DNA of 64,000 bases, taken from NCBI GenBank assembly GCA_964474235.1, contig CAYYRP010000010.1, forward strand, positions 4,934 to 68,933, in the 5' to 3' direction. The position numbers and the translations under genes were made by a program. Below the pieces are notes generated by a model. That model was not told the DNA's origin. It ran no database searches and saw only the letters and a list, made by a program, of their open reading frames with translations. The stretch is from an uncultured Isosphaeraceae bacterium. GTDB taxonomy: Bacteria > Planctomycetota > Phycisphaerae > Phycisphaerales > SM1A02. Of the stretch, positions 46,540 through 56,118 are shown in pieces (positions within the stretch are counted from its first letter, which is position 1; each line of letters begins with the position of its first letter).

Positions 46540-48552
46540 CTAGAAGCAATCCTCGGCTGCTAAATCAACAACCTCAACGCCTTCAGGTAGCGAGGCAAGA
46601 AAAGCACCACCGTAAAACTTCCGAACAACCCTCGAATCCAAAATTGAAACATCACCACGATCATTGCTACTGCGAATGAGTCTGCCAATTCCTTGACGAA
46701 AACGAATGATCGCCCTTGGTAACTGGTCATCCATAAAAGGATTCCCACCACCCTCTTTTATAATTTCTTGCCGAGCTTCTACAATTGGTCGATCAGGCAC
46801 TTCAAAAGGAAGGCGCGTAATAATTACATTTCGCAAATTTTCTCCGCGAATATCCACACCTTGCCAAAAGCTTGCCGTCCCGAAAAGAACAGAGTTTTCA
46901 TTCGAACGAAATTGTTCTAGCAAAACAGTCCTGGTCACAGAGGAACCATGCTCCAACAACGTCATTCCCTTGCCTTCAATTTCATAGCATGTTAACTGCG
47001 CTACTTCATTGAGTAATTTATAACTCGTAAACAAAACAAAGGCGCCACCGTTTGTTCTCCCTACAAGATCAACAATTCGATCTGCAAGTTTCTGTGTGTA
47101 TTCAATACTTGACGGTTCAGGCATTGTCGTATCAACCCACGCACGCATTTGCCGTGCGAAATCAAATGGACTGCCAAGGCGTAACTCATCGACATCATCA
47201 CAACCAAGGCGGGACTTCATCAGTGAAAAATCACCACCTCCAGTCGCGAGCGTTGCAGAAGTTAACACGACCGACGCGGGTGCATCAAACAAATGTTCTT
47301 TCAGGACCGGCGCAATATCAACCGCCATTGCTCGAAGCGATGACCTCGGCGGCCTGCCCTTGGAAGCATGCATTGGAACGCCTTCGACTGCATAGACGCA
47401 ACCAGAAATTTCTTGGTTGACCAACAACGCACAACTTTTTCCCATATCCAATGCTCTTTGCCCATAGCCACCCGCTTCGGCTGCCTCTGCGTCACTTGTG
47501 AGTGATTCTCGCAGCAAAACAAGGTGTTTTCCTAATTCGATCATTGGAATTGAAAGCGTATTTTCGACAACACCGGGAGAGGAAACACGACCGTTCCGAG
47601 GGGCTTTTTCCTTAGCCCACAAAACTAGCGAATCAAAAAATTCATTCGAAGCAAACTCGCAACGCGTGACACACTCGATGCATTGAGAAACCAATTCAGG
47701 ATCCGCACCATCACGTTGCAGGGATTGCAAAAAACCAGCCGACTTTGCTTTGCGTGAAGATGAAAGCAGCGACCGAAGAAAATACTCCACTCTTGCTTCT
47801 GAAATCGAAGCACCAAAGTGATCGGAAGCAACATCTTCAATTGAATGCGCCTCATCCAAAATGACATGGTCATAACTTGGCAAAAAACCACGGTCGATCA
47901 TTCGAAGTGCCAAATCAGAAAAAAACAAAGCATGATTGCAAATAAGTAAATTCCCACGCTCCATTTCTCGGCGTGCTTCTTGATAAAAACATGTTTCGTG
48001 TTTCGGACACTTTCGCCCAAGACAATTCCCCGCATCACTTCTTGCCAAATCCCAAACATCGCCCCGTGGCAACGTTGGCATAGTTGCTTTAGATCCATCT
48101 GTTGTCACTTTTGACCACTTCACTAGTTGGTCTAAGGATTTGATTGCATTTGCATCACTCAACAGAGATGACGCTCTCTGTTTTGCACGTTCCAACCTTC
48201 GGAGTGAAACGTAATTTGCTCTACCCTTCACAAGAACCGGCGAAAATCCACCGCCAAACGCCTTGTGCAATGTTGGCGCATCACTATGCATCAATTGTTC
48301 CTGCAACGTAATTGTGTTCGTAGCGATGACAACTTTCTCTCCATATTCACGAATTCTTCGTATCGCAGGAACAAGATATCCAAATGATTTTCCAACACCT
48401 GTCCCTGCTTCAACGAGCAACGTTCGCTTCGTTTCTAAAGCATGCGCAACAGCAGATGCCATCTCCACCTGTTGCGAACGAGGCTCCCAGCCAGTCAAGC
48501 ACTGGCTCAGAGGGCCGTCCACAGTAAACATCGGATCGATTGTAACTGTCAC
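46540..48552 (-). CDS. dinG: DinG/XPD-family ATP-dependent DNA helicase (Fe-S type)
   Basis: Walker A EAGTGVGKSFGYL, the DEAH box VILDEAHSIED and a Cys cluster CLGRKCPKHETCFYQEA. The C-terminal helicase motifs include FGTASFWQGVD. Confidence 0.85.
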   Translation of the reverse strand: MTVTIDPMFTVDGPLSQCLTGWEPRSQQVEMASAVAHALETKRTLLVEAGTGVGKSFGYLVPAIRRIREYGEKVVIATNTITLQEQLMHSDAPTLHKAFGGGFSPVLVKGRANYVSLRRLERAKQRASSLLSDANAIKSLDQLVKWSKVTTDGSKATMPTLPRGDVWDLARSDAGNCLGRKCPKHETCFYQEARREMERGNLLICNHALFFSDLALRMIDRGFLPSYDHVILDEAHSIEDVASDHFGASISEARVEYFLRSLLSSSRKAKSAGFLQSLQRDGADPELVSQCIECVTRCEFASNEFFDSLVLWAKEKAPRNGRVSSPGVVENTLSIPMIELGKHLVLLRESLTSDAEAAEAGGYGQRALDMGKSCALLVNQEISGCVYAVEGVPMHASKGRPPRSSLRAMAVDIAPVLKEHLFDAPASVVLTSATLATGGGDFSLMKSRLGCDDVDELRLGSPFDFARQMRAWVDTTMPEPSSIEYTQKLADRIVDLVGRTNGGAFVLFTSYKLLNEVAQLTCYEIEGKGMTLLEHGSSVTRTVLLEQFRSNENSVLFGTASFWQGVDIRGENLRNVIITRLPFEVPDRPIVEARQEIIKEGGGNPFMDDQLPRAIIRFRQGIGRLIRSSNDRGDVSILDSRVVRKFYGGAFLASLPEGVEVVDLAAEDCF

Positions 48553-49280
48553 TTCTTTTGTTTTCCGCCGATTGGATCACGCTTAGGTTCACCCGGAACT
48601 CTTGGATATTTTTGCGGCGTGTGTTCTTTTTTTCGAATAATGACAACAGTTCCAGTTGTCGATCGATCCATAGATTCCACTTCACAATGTAAAATATGCA
48701 ACGCTTTCCGCGCTTGTTCAATTTCTTCCTGTGCTTTTTCGCCTTTTATTGCAATCACGATTCCATCAACTTTTGCCATCGGCACAGTCAATTCCAATAA
48801 AACTTGCAACGGACCCACAGCGCGTGCGATCACGGCATCTGCTGCATCACGAAAACCACCATTCTTCGTGCCTACATCTTCAGCACGAGCGTTTGCAATC
48901 GTCACATTATCTAATTCTAAAACTTCCACGACATGCCTGAGAAAGTCCGCTTTTTTTCCGGTCGCTTCAACCAATACAAATGTTGTTTCTGGCATTGTGA
49001 TTGCAAGTGGGATACCTGGCAACCCGCCGCCGCTTCCGACATCAATCACGTGTTTCGCTTCTTCCTTTGCAAGAACAGGTAGCAACGACAAACTGTCAAG
49101 AATATGTCGGCTCCAACCATCTACAGGTTCTTTGATCGCTGTCAAATTAAACATGCGATTTGTTTCTAACAACAAATCTAAGTATTGACCAAGTTTGGTC
49201 ATATCGCCATCGTCAAATGCAATTCCTAGAACTGCGGTTTGTCGATAAAATTCTTCGGGGATACATTCAACTGCATGCAT
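48549..49280 (-). CDS. rsmG: 16S rRNA (guanine527-N7)-methyltransferase
   Basis: HILDSL..., the SAM motif VIDVGSGGGLPGIPLAI, and a GidB-like size. Confidence 0.85.
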   Translation of the reverse strand: MHAVECIPEEFYRQTAVLGIAFDDGDMTKLGQYLDLLLETNRMFNLTAIKEPVDGWSRHILDSLSLLPVLAKEEAKHVIDVGSGGGLPGIPLAITMPETTFVLVEATGKKADFLRHVVEVLELDNVTIANARAEDVGTKNGGFRDAADAVIARAVGPLQVLLELTVPMAKVDGIVIAIKGEKAQEEIEQARKALHILHCEVESMDRSTTGTVVIIRKKEHTPQKYPRVPGEPKRDPIGGKQKK

Positions 49281-50452
49281 TATTCATACGCTCCATCTGT
49301 AAAAGTAAATCCTTCTCGGGTCATAAGTGGGTCGCGACGCATCGCGATACCGAACAGGATACCCGCCATGAGCCAAGCCACCACCAAACTTGAACCGCCT
49401 GCGCTCATAAAAGGGAGCGTCAAGCCGGTAATTGGAGCCAGCCCGAGTGTCATCGCGGTATTGATCACCATTTGAGAGAGCAACATTGCAGTCAATCCCA
49501 CTGCAACAAGCCTTGGAAATGGATCGCGGCATCCAATTGATGCGATGATTCCACCGATGCCCAGAATTGCATACAAAGACCACACAACAATTGCTCCTCG
49601 AAGCCCCCACCGCAAAACAATCACTGCAAAAATCATATCGTTATGTTCTTCGGGCAAGTGATTTGCTGCAAGAAGTTCCTTTGCATCTGCTTCGCCAACG
49701 CCCCACATTTCTCCAGCGCCAATCAGTGTCATCGCCCGCGCGCCTTGGTATCCAATATTTTGTTCGTATCTGTCATCACCTTGGATTTGCGCAATAAGTG
49801 CACTGATTCTATCTTTCTGATGCGGCTTCAATATCGGGTACATCAACGCAGATGTAGTAATTCCAAGCAATGCAATAATGACAAGATGTTTATATCTTGC
49901 CCCAGCAGCAATAAGCATCGCGAGCATTGCGGGCAAAAATAACATCGCTGTTCCAAGATCTGGTTCAATCAAAATAAGAAATGCCGAAGGAACAACAACA
50001 CAAAGTGCAACAAGAAGACCGCCAAACTTTCGATAGTGTTGTTTGAAACGAAGGTGTGAAGCGAGCGCAAGGACAAACGCAATTTTTACTAACTCAGATG
50101 GTTGAAAATCCATCAGTCCAAGATTGATCCACCTTCTTGCGCCATTTCGAGAGTGCACAATAAAATCTGGCACACCCGGAATGAGCAAGAAAATTAAAAG
50201 GAACAACCCGAAACCAAGCAGCCACCAACTTGCCTGCCGAAGCCGCCTTATTGGGATCGTTGCAACCGCAATTCCAACTCCAATTCCTAAACAACCAAGC
50301 ACGATTTGGCGCATCGCAGTGCTTGGACGAGTCGTGTCAATTGTTATGACTCCAATGACTGTGAGCGCGAGTGCAGCTGCGACAACGAGCCAACCTGCAT
50401 GGACAAAACGAATTGAAGACAGGTTTAATTTTTTCGCACCAAAACGGCTCAT
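49280..50452 (-). CDS. rodA: peptidoglycan glycosyltransferase RodA (SEDS family)
   Basis: FtsW/RodA/SpoVE pattern: QPSELVKIAFVLALA, EEHNDMIFAV and the C-terminal GLTLPFMSAGGSSLV. It is coupled to mrdA (ATGA) and to rsmG (TAATG). Confidence 0.9.
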   Translation of the reverse strand: MSRFGAKKLNLSSIRFVHAGWLVVAAALALTVIGVITIDTTRPSTAMRQIVLGCLGIGVGIAVATIPIRRLRQASWWLLGFGLFLLIFLLIPGVPDFIVHSRNGARRWINLGLMDFQPSELVKIAFVLALASHLRFKQHYRKFGGLLVALCVVVPSAFLILIEPDLGTAMLFLPAMLAMLIAAGARYKHLVIIALLGITTSALMYPILKPHQKDRISALIAQIQGDDRYEQNIGYQGARAMTLIGAGEMWGVGEADAKELLAANHLPEEHNDMIFAVIVLRWGLRGAIVVWSLYAILGIGGIIASIGCRDPFPRLVAVGLTAMLLSQMVINTAMTLGLAPITGLTLPFMSAGGSSLVVAWLMAGILFGIAMRRDPLMTREGFTFTDGAYE

Positions 50453-52614
50453 CGAATCTCCCCCAAATACCCTTCGTCTTGCAATGCATGGATCACTTGA
50501 TTTGCAATTGGCCCTGCAACCATACCGCCAGAACCTCCGTTTTCAACAAGCACGGCGACAATCACGCTTGGTTTCGTTTCATCTTGTTGCGATGCCATCA
50601 CTAAAAACCAAGAATGATCTAACCCAGTTATTGGTTCGGCATCAGGCGATTGCTTGTACGGTGGCGCCTCAGCCGTCCCTGTTTTTCCCCAAAGCCGCAC
50701 ACCATGCACATCAAAAACTCGATCTCTATCATTTGCTCCATACCGAATCAGTGCACCAGTTCCGTAATCTTTTGTGAGTGAATCGTGCAAACCAGCCATA
50801 GCGAGATTCACACCAATAGGATTGAGTTGTATATCGACGACCTCTTGCTCACCTGTATGAAGAAGCGTAGGCGACTTCCAAATACCGCGGCGCGCAAGCG
50901 TTGCATACGCAGCTGCTGCGTGCAAAGGCGACCACGTAATGGGTCCCTGTCCAATTGCCATACTAATAGTTTCAAATGCAAGTTCACCACGCTTCTTCCA
51001 ACGTACGATGTCATCTTGTTTCGGCGCATGCCCCTGCGATCCACTGGCAGAAAAATCTGTAAGTTTTGCCGACAACGGTTGTGTCAATCCAAATCTTTGA
51101 TACCAAAGAAGTAAACGATCAAACCCTAATCTTGTTCCAAGTTCATAGAAAAAGATATTGCACGAACGAGCTAGTGCATCAATTGCTGTGAGTTTTCCGT
51201 GTGTTGCGAAGTTGTACCCTTTTCGGTAAATCCAACATCTTGCTGCATTTTTCACGTGCTCAAAATAATGACCAGTACAAGCAATCTCTTCATCTTCTTC
51301 GTACAGATGTTCGGACGATGCTGCTGCAAGAACTAAAGGTTTTACAATCGAACCTGCAGGGTACAACCCATCTGCAGCGCGATTCAACCACGGATACCCA
51401 TCCACATCTTCCTCGTCATGCAACGCTGGTGTCGAAGCCATCGCAAGCACACCACTATTTGCATCAAGGACAACGACTGCTCCCCGAAGAGGCGTTCCAA
51501 TTTCTAACCCCTTGTTCCGGTGCCATGATTGCACCGTCATCAATCCAATTTCAGGCGATAGTATCGCTTCCAACCTTGCTTGCAATGCAATGTCCAAAGT
51601 AAGTTGCACATCACTCCCGCCAGTTGGCGCAGTACGTTCTATTTCATTCCCCGCTCGATCACGAACGACCCGGCCTCGTAAACCACGCAGTTTTTTTTCA
51701 AGTGCCAATTCTAAACCGCGATTTCCTACTTCATCTCCTGTTCGGTACCCGCCAAGATCGTCTCCCTGATGAAACGGGCGGCGTTCCATATCCTCAGCCC
51801 ACACCTTTGAACGAATGTCGCCAAGCAACAGATCTCCCACCCCAGGAAGTGTGATTTTTTCTACTGATGATGAACGAAGAGGTCGAGGCAGGGTAGATCT
51901 CGAGAGAAACACAGTTTGTACTTTTTGTGGGTATTGACGGTTTCTAGCATGTTGTACTTCTATTGCGTCATCAAGTTGCTCGCTCAACCTCGAAAAATCC
52001 ATTGCAATTTCGTCGTCCACTGCAAAAAATACAACATGGGAAGAGCGCTGTTCAGCAATTGGTTGTTGGTCGAATTCTTCAATATCCCCGTAGCGCTTGA
52101 GGTGCTCTTCTTCTTGCCGACGCCAAACAACCTCTGCGGTTTTCTGTACTTTCTTTTGAACTTCTGCAATTCGTTCATCTAATTCGTTGCGCGAAACTTT
52201 TGCAGTTTCTGTTAGCAACTCCCAAAAGTTTTCAAGTTGGGCAAGTTGTTCAGGCAAGTACACATCTGCTACTTGTTGACGATCTTCGGGCGACAATGCT
52301 TTCCATTGCTCTCGCCCAATACGTGCTCGAGCACGTTGTCTAGCCGTCGCCTTGGCTCTATCGCCCGTAATGAGATCCCATGGGACAGCGATATCGTACG
52401 AAGCTTTGTCCTCCGCGAGTACTCGCCCTTTTGCATCAATAATACGACCTCGCCAAGTAGGAAGGTATCTCGTGTAAAAAAGGCGACCTTTCGCCTGCTC
52501 AAGCCGCAGCGAACCTTGAACAACTGTGAGTTGGACCGCCTGATAGGAAAGGAGACCACAAACTCCAATAAAGATGATGGCAAGTGCAATAAGACGACGG
52601 TGAAAGAGCAGCAT
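50449..52614 (-). CDS. mrdA: penicillin-binding protein 2 (elongasome transpeptidase)
   Basis: N-terminal TM segment and a dimerisation domain. The transpeptidase motifs are PAGSIVKP (SxxK), an SxN-like SCN (LARSCNIFF) and GKTGTAE (KTG). It lies upstream of rodA. Confidence 0.9.
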   Translation of the reverse strand: MLLFHRRLIALAIIFIGVCGLLSYQAVQLTVVQGSLRLEQAKGRLFYTRYLPTWRGRIIDAKGRVLAEDKASYDIAVPWDLITGDRAKATARQRARARIGREQWKALSPEDRQQVADVYLPEQLAQLENFWELLTETAKVSRNELDERIAEVQKKVQKTAEVVWRRQEEEHLKRYGDIEEFDQQPIAEQRSSHVVFFAVDDEIAMDFSRLSEQLDDAIEVQHARNRQYPQKVQTVFLSRSTLPRPLRSSSVEKITLPGVGDLLLGDIRSKVWAEDMERRPFHQGDDLGGYRTGDEVGNRGLELALEKKLRGLRGRVVRDRAGNEIERTAPTGGSDVQLTLDIALQARLEAILSPEIGLMTVQSWHRNKGLEIGTPLRGAVVVLDANSGVLAMASTPALHDEEDVDGYPWLNRAADGLYPAGSIVKPLVLAAASSEHLYEEDEEIACTGHYFEHVKNAARCWIYRKGYNFATHGKLTAIDALARSCNIFFYELGTRLGFDRLLLWYQRFGLTQPLSAKLTDFSASGSQGHAPKQDDIVRWKKRGELAFETISMAIGQGPITWSPLHAAAAYATLARRGIWKSPTLLHTGEQEVVDIQLNPIGVNLAMAGLHDSLTKDYGTGALIRYGANDRDRVFDVHGVRLWGKTGTAEAPPYKQSPDAEPITGLDHSWFLVMASQQDETKPSVIVAVLVENGGSGGMVAGPIANQVIHALQDEGYLGEIR

Positions 52615-52664
52615 AGGAGTAGGTATGGAATCCTACTTGCTCATCGCACATTATGGAGATCAAT

Positions 52665-52722
52665 AAACAACCCGCGGGGTTGTTTATTGATCGATAATGA
52701 AAAACAACCCGCGGGGTTGTTT
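52665..52722. repeat. REP doublet (37-nt period) in the divergent mrdA / tRNA-Gln intergenic region
   Basis: aaacaacccgcggggttgttt occurs at 52665..52685 and 52702..52722. The first copy extends to a 16-bp stem gatcaataaacaaccc-gcg-gggttgtttattgatc. Confidence 0.9.
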
Positions 52723-52726
52723 AATT

Positions 52727-52735
52727 TGCTATAAT
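52727..52735 (+). promoter_or_regulatory. extended -10 element (TGCTATAAT)
   Basis: Exact TGnTATAAT match immediately downstream of the REP doublet and upstream of the GC-rich structured segment and tRNA-Gln. Confidence 0.35.
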
Positions 52736-52741
52736 CCCCGT

Positions 52742-52886
52742 CCTTCTCCCCAGAATGGGGCCGTCGGTGACAGATCGGATATCTGGCGCCGCACTGGGCA
52801 TCGTCGCGGCGACAGATGCTCGAGCCTCGGAGAGATTTCGCCGCGGATGTGCCTAGCAACCAGCAAGCACCCTCCGCGATTTTTTA
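52742..52886 (+). ncRNA. candidate structured small RNA or leader, family unassigned
   Basis: The segment is visibly more GC-rich than its surroundings. Hairpins: ggtgacagat-cggat-atctggcgcc (52766..52790); cgcggcga (52805..52812) pairing with tcgccgcg (52838..52845); and a terminal imperfect hairpin gcggatgtgc...gcaccctccgc followed by gatttttt. The only ORF here is spurious and spans a REP and the tRNA. Confidence 0.3.
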
Positions 52887-52967
52887 CGCGTCGATCTAAG
52901 ATTACAGGATCATTGATCGGCAGGAGGACAGCGCTGCGTTGTGCAAAACACTTCGCATCTCAACATT

Positions 52968-53039
52968 TGGCCCGTGGTGTAATCGGTAACACACCTGGTT
53001 TTGATCCAGGCATTCCAAGTTCAAGTCTTGGCGGGCCAG
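52968..53039 (+). tRNA. tRNA-Gln (anticodon UUG)
   Basis: Cloverleaf folded by hand: acceptor TGGCCCG/CGGGCCA, D-stem GTGT/ACAC, anticodon stem CCTGG/CCAGG with loop TTTTGAT, T-stem CCAAG/CTTGG with loop TTCAAGT, and discriminator G. CCA is not encoded. Confidence 0.9.
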
Positions 53040-53081
53040 TTCCCCCGGGTTGGCAATGAGTACAAATACCCAATCAGTGAG

Positions 53082-53858
53082 ATGACAAAAGAAACGAACA
53101 ATCAAACACCTCTCGCAGCAATCATTCTTGCTGCCGGAAAAGGCACGCGCATGGGAAGCGATCTGCCAAAGGTGCTTCACCCCGTCGCACAAAAACCTAT
53201 GGTGCAATGGGTTGTTGATGCTGTAACCGAAGCTGGTGTCAACCGTACTGTTCTCGTTGTCGGACACGGTGCTGACGAAGTGAAAACGCAAATACCAAAT
53301 TGTGAATTTGTGCTACAAGAACCTCAACTTGGTACTGGCCACGCAGTAGACGTATGCAGAGAAACGCTAGCTGATTTCGATGGCGACATTCTTATTCTTG
53401 GCGGCGATGGCCCGCTCATCCGTGCTGAAACCATTGGACAAATGGTAGAAAAACAAAAAGAAACCAATGCCTCTGCAACCCTCGCAACTTCAACTATTCC
53501 TGACCCAACAGGGTACGGGCGAATTGTCCGCGATGACAACGATCGTTTTCTCGCAATCGTTGAGCACAAAAACGCGACCCCAGCGCAATTAGAACTCCAC
53601 GAAGTCTATCCAAGTTATGCAATCTTCAAATCAGCAGCACTTTGGTCATGTCTTGAGAACCTTGAAAAAAATCCTGTAAGTAACGAGTACTACTTAACTG
53701 AGGTGCCAGCAATGATGCTTGCTCGTGGTGAAAAAGTGGAAATCGTCAACGCAGTTCCGCCTGAAGATATTCTTTCGATCAACACACCCCAGCAACTTGC
53801 AGAAGTCGAAGCGATGCTCCATGCTCGCCTTGACAAAACTGTGGAGTCAACATCATGA
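53082..53858 (+). CDS. GlmU-like sugar-1-phosphate nucleotidyltransferase (uridyltransferase domain only, 258 aa)
   Basis: LAAIILAAGKGTRMGSDLPKVLHPVAQKPMVQWVVDA...QEPQLGTGHAV...ILGGDGPLI. The start is moved to the ATG at 53082 because the ORF-track start lies inside the tRNA. No left-handed beta-helix acetyltransferase domain is present. Confidence 0.75.
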   Translation: MTKETNNQTPLAAIILAAGKGTRMGSDLPKVLHPVAQKPMVQWVVDAVTEAGVNRTVLVVGHGADEVKTQIPNCEFVLQEPQLGTGHAVDVCRETLADFDGDILILGGDGPLIRAETIGQMVEKQKETNASATLATSTIPDPTGYGRIVRDDNDRFLAIVEHKNATPAQLELHEVYPSYAIFKSAALWSCLENLEKNPVSNEYYLTEVPAMMLARGEKVEIVNAVPPEDILSINTPQQLAEVEAMLHARLDKTVESTS

Positions 53859-54841
53859 GCCACGATGATCACAAACAAATGAAGATTTTTTCCGCAACAG
53901 GCGGCGCGCATCTTGCTGAAGCAATGTGTAAACATTTGGAACTTCCAATTGCTGCTGCTACTGTCGAACGTTTTCCTGACGGCGAAATTATTGTCAAAAT
54001 TGATGAAGATGTTCGCGGGCGAGATTGCTTCATAGTTCAATCAACATCAATGCCTGTCAACGAAACGCTCATGGAATTGTTGATCTGGATTGACACCCTT
54101 CGAAGAGCTTCTGCTGGGCAAATCACCGCGGTCATCCCATATTTTGGATATGCAAGGCAAGATCGAAAAGACGAAGGCCGCGTCCCAATTACTGCAAAAC
54201 TTGTTGCTAATCTCATCACCGCAGCCGGCGCGAACCGCGTTCTCTGCATGGACCTGCACGCAGCGCAGATTCAGGGCTTCTTTGATATTCCTGTGGATCA
54301 CCTGACAGCAACGAAAGTTTTCTGCGACCACTTCGCAACACAACAAGACATGCAAGGCGACAACATGGTGATCGTTTCTCCTGACGTTGGCAATGTGAAA
54401 GTTGCAAACATGTATGCAGGTTTGCTCGACGCTAAACTCGCAATTATTGATAAGCGACGCGAATCTGGCAGCAAAGTTGTTTCAAAACGTTTGATTGGTA
54501 ACGTCGAAGGCAAAGTCGTCCTGATGGTTGATGACATGATTTCAACTGCCGGCACAATTTGCGAAGCAGCGAAACTTGTCACAGAACATGGTGCAACTAA
54601 AATTATCGCTGCAGCAACACACGGCGTATGCGTCGGCCCTGCTGTTGAGCGCATCAACGATTCACCAATTACAGAAGTTGTCATCACCGATACGATCCTC
54701 CCTGACGAGCGACTCGACGGTCTTGGCGACAAACTACAAGTTCTCACTGTGGCTCGCTATCTAGGCGAAGCTATTCACCGAATTCATCACCATATGTCAA
54801 TTTCCGCGTTGTTTACTCGCGGCGAAGGCCCTAAGAAATAG
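53855..54841 (+). CDS. prs: ribose-phosphate pyrophosphokinase
   Basis: AVIPYFGYARQDRK, DLHAAQIQGFFDIPVDHL and the PRPP loop VLMVDDMISTAGT. Confidence 0.95.
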   Translation: MSHDDHKQMKIFSATGGAHLAEAMCKHLELPIAAATVERFPDGEIIVKIDEDVRGRDCFIVQSTSMPVNETLMELLIWIDTLRRASAGQITAVIPYFGYARQDRKDEGRVPITAKLVANLITAAGANRVLCMDLHAAQIQGFFDIPVDHLTATKVFCDHFATQQDMQGDNMVIVSPDVGNVKVANMYAGLLDAKLAIIDKRRESGSKVVSKRLIGNVEGKVVLMVDDMISTAGTICEAAKLVTEHGATKIIAAATHGVCVGPAVERINDSPITEVVITDTILPDERLDGLGDKLQVLTVARYLGEAIHRIHHHMSISALFTRGEGPKK

Positions 54842-54855
54842 ATAGGAAAGAATTT

Positions 54856-55518
54856 ATGTCCAAAGAAACCCCACAAATTAAAGTAGAGTTGCGAGAAAAG
54901 TTAGGCACACGGTATGCCCAGCGACTTCGCAAGAGCGGACGACTGCCAGCATCCGTGTATGGTTCAGGAAGCGAGCCAGTTTCTGTAAGCATCGATGAAA
55001 AAGAAATCATCACGCATCTTCGCCACGGAAACCACGTCATGGAACTCGACAATGGCGACGGCAGTCCTGCAACAGTTCTCGTGAAAGATCTCCAATTTGG
55101 CTACCTAGGAGACAACCTGATACACGTTGACTTTGCACGTGTAAACCTCACGCAAATTGTTACTGTAAATGCAAAACTCAATATCGTTGGACAACCAACG
55201 CAATCGTCCGCCCCAGGCGCGATGCTTGAAATCATTCGACCTGAAATCGAAATCGAATGCATGGTGAAAGATATTCCCGGAATTATTACTGTTGATCTCT
55301 CAACTGTTGAAGAAATCTTTACAATTGGCGATCTTGTACTTCCAGACGGTGTCAAAGCAACTCTCGACGATGCTCGACACATCGCACACGTTACTATTGT
55401 GCAAGAAGAAACTGAAGATGTTGTTGATGGCGAAGCAACAGATACCGATGCTACAACTCCAGAAGTCATCGGTGGCGATTCAGCTGCTGAAGAATCATCA
55501 GAAGGCGATAGCGAGTAA
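54856..55518 (+). CDS. rplY: 50S ribosomal protein L25 / general stress protein Ctc
   Basis: LREKLGTRYAQRLRKSGRLPASVYG...LVKDLQFGYLGDNLIHVDF, a two-domain Ctc form with an acidic tail. Confidence 0.9.
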   Translation: MSKETPQIKVELREKLGTRYAQRLRKSGRLPASVYGSGSEPVSVSIDEKEIITHLRHGNHVMELDNGDGSPATVLVKDLQFGYLGDNLIHVDFARVNLTQIVTVNAKLNIVGQPTQSSAPGAMLEIIRPEIEIECMVKDIPGIITVDLSTVEEIFTIGDLVLPDGVKATLDDARHIAHVTIVQEETEDVVDGEATDTDATTPEVIGGDSAAEESSEGDSE

Positions 55519-55521
55519 CAG

Positions 55522-56118
55522 ATGAAGCTGATCGTAGGTTTAGGCAATCCCGGTTCTAAGTACAACGGATCCCGACATAATGTCGGGTTCGATGTCGTGG
55601 ATCGCTTAGCTTCAATAATCGCTTGCAGCGAACCTGCACGATCAAAGTTTGATTCCGTCATTGTTGAAACACAACAAAATGGCGAAAAAATATTGTTCAT
55701 GAAACCTCAAACGTTCATGAACCGAAGTGGGCACGCAGTGAAACAAGCACTAACCTTCTTCAAAACTGATCCAGTGGATGCACTTCTCGTCATCGTTGAC
55801 GACATTCATTTACCTTGCGGGTCTCTCCGACTTCGCAACGAGGGATCAGCCGGTGGACACAACGGACTCCATGACATCACGAACCACATTGGAAATGGAA
55901 ACTGGGCTCGCCTTCGCATTGGCGTTGATGAGCCGGGCAACATTCCACAGGCTTCGTATGTTCTTGGTCGCTTTACTCCAGAACAGCAGGAATTCATGGA
56001 ACCTGCAATAGAAACTGCTGTCGCATCATCGATCACGTGGATCGAATCAGGTGCAGAAGCAGCGATGAACCAATTCAATCAAAAGCGGGAAACCGCTCAA
56101 CCAAATGAGGATAAATAA
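55522..56118 (+). CDS. pth: peptidyl-tRNA hydrolase
   Basis: MKLIVGLGNPGSKYNGSRHNVGF...PQTFMNRSG...GGHNGLHDI. Confidence 0.95.
   Translation: MKLIVGLGNPGSKYNGSRHNVGFDVVDRLASIIACSEPARSKFDSVIVETQQNGEKILFMKPQTFMNRSGHAVKQALTFFKTDPVDALLVIVDDIHLPCGSLRLRNEGSAGGHNGLHDITNHIGNGNWARLRIGVDEPGNIPQASYVLGRFTPEQQEFMEPAIETAVASSITWIESGAEAAMNQFNQKRETAQPNEDK

Noticed and set aside
44253-52722. Possibility that the repeated 21-mers with about 16-nt spacers are miniature CRISPR arrays
   Set aside because: There are only two copies per locus. The repeats are strongly palindromic REP-type hairpins, and the spacers between doublets are similar or AT-rich rather than unique. There are no cas genes, and a RAYT is present instead.
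52697-53059. 120-aa ORF spanning the REP doublet, the GC-rich segment and tRNA-Gln, plus the 53001 start of the glmU-like ORF
   Set aside because: It reads through a palindromic repeat and a tRNA gene and has an Arg/Gly/Pro-rich, junk-like composition. The glmU-like start was moved to 53082, outside the tRNA.
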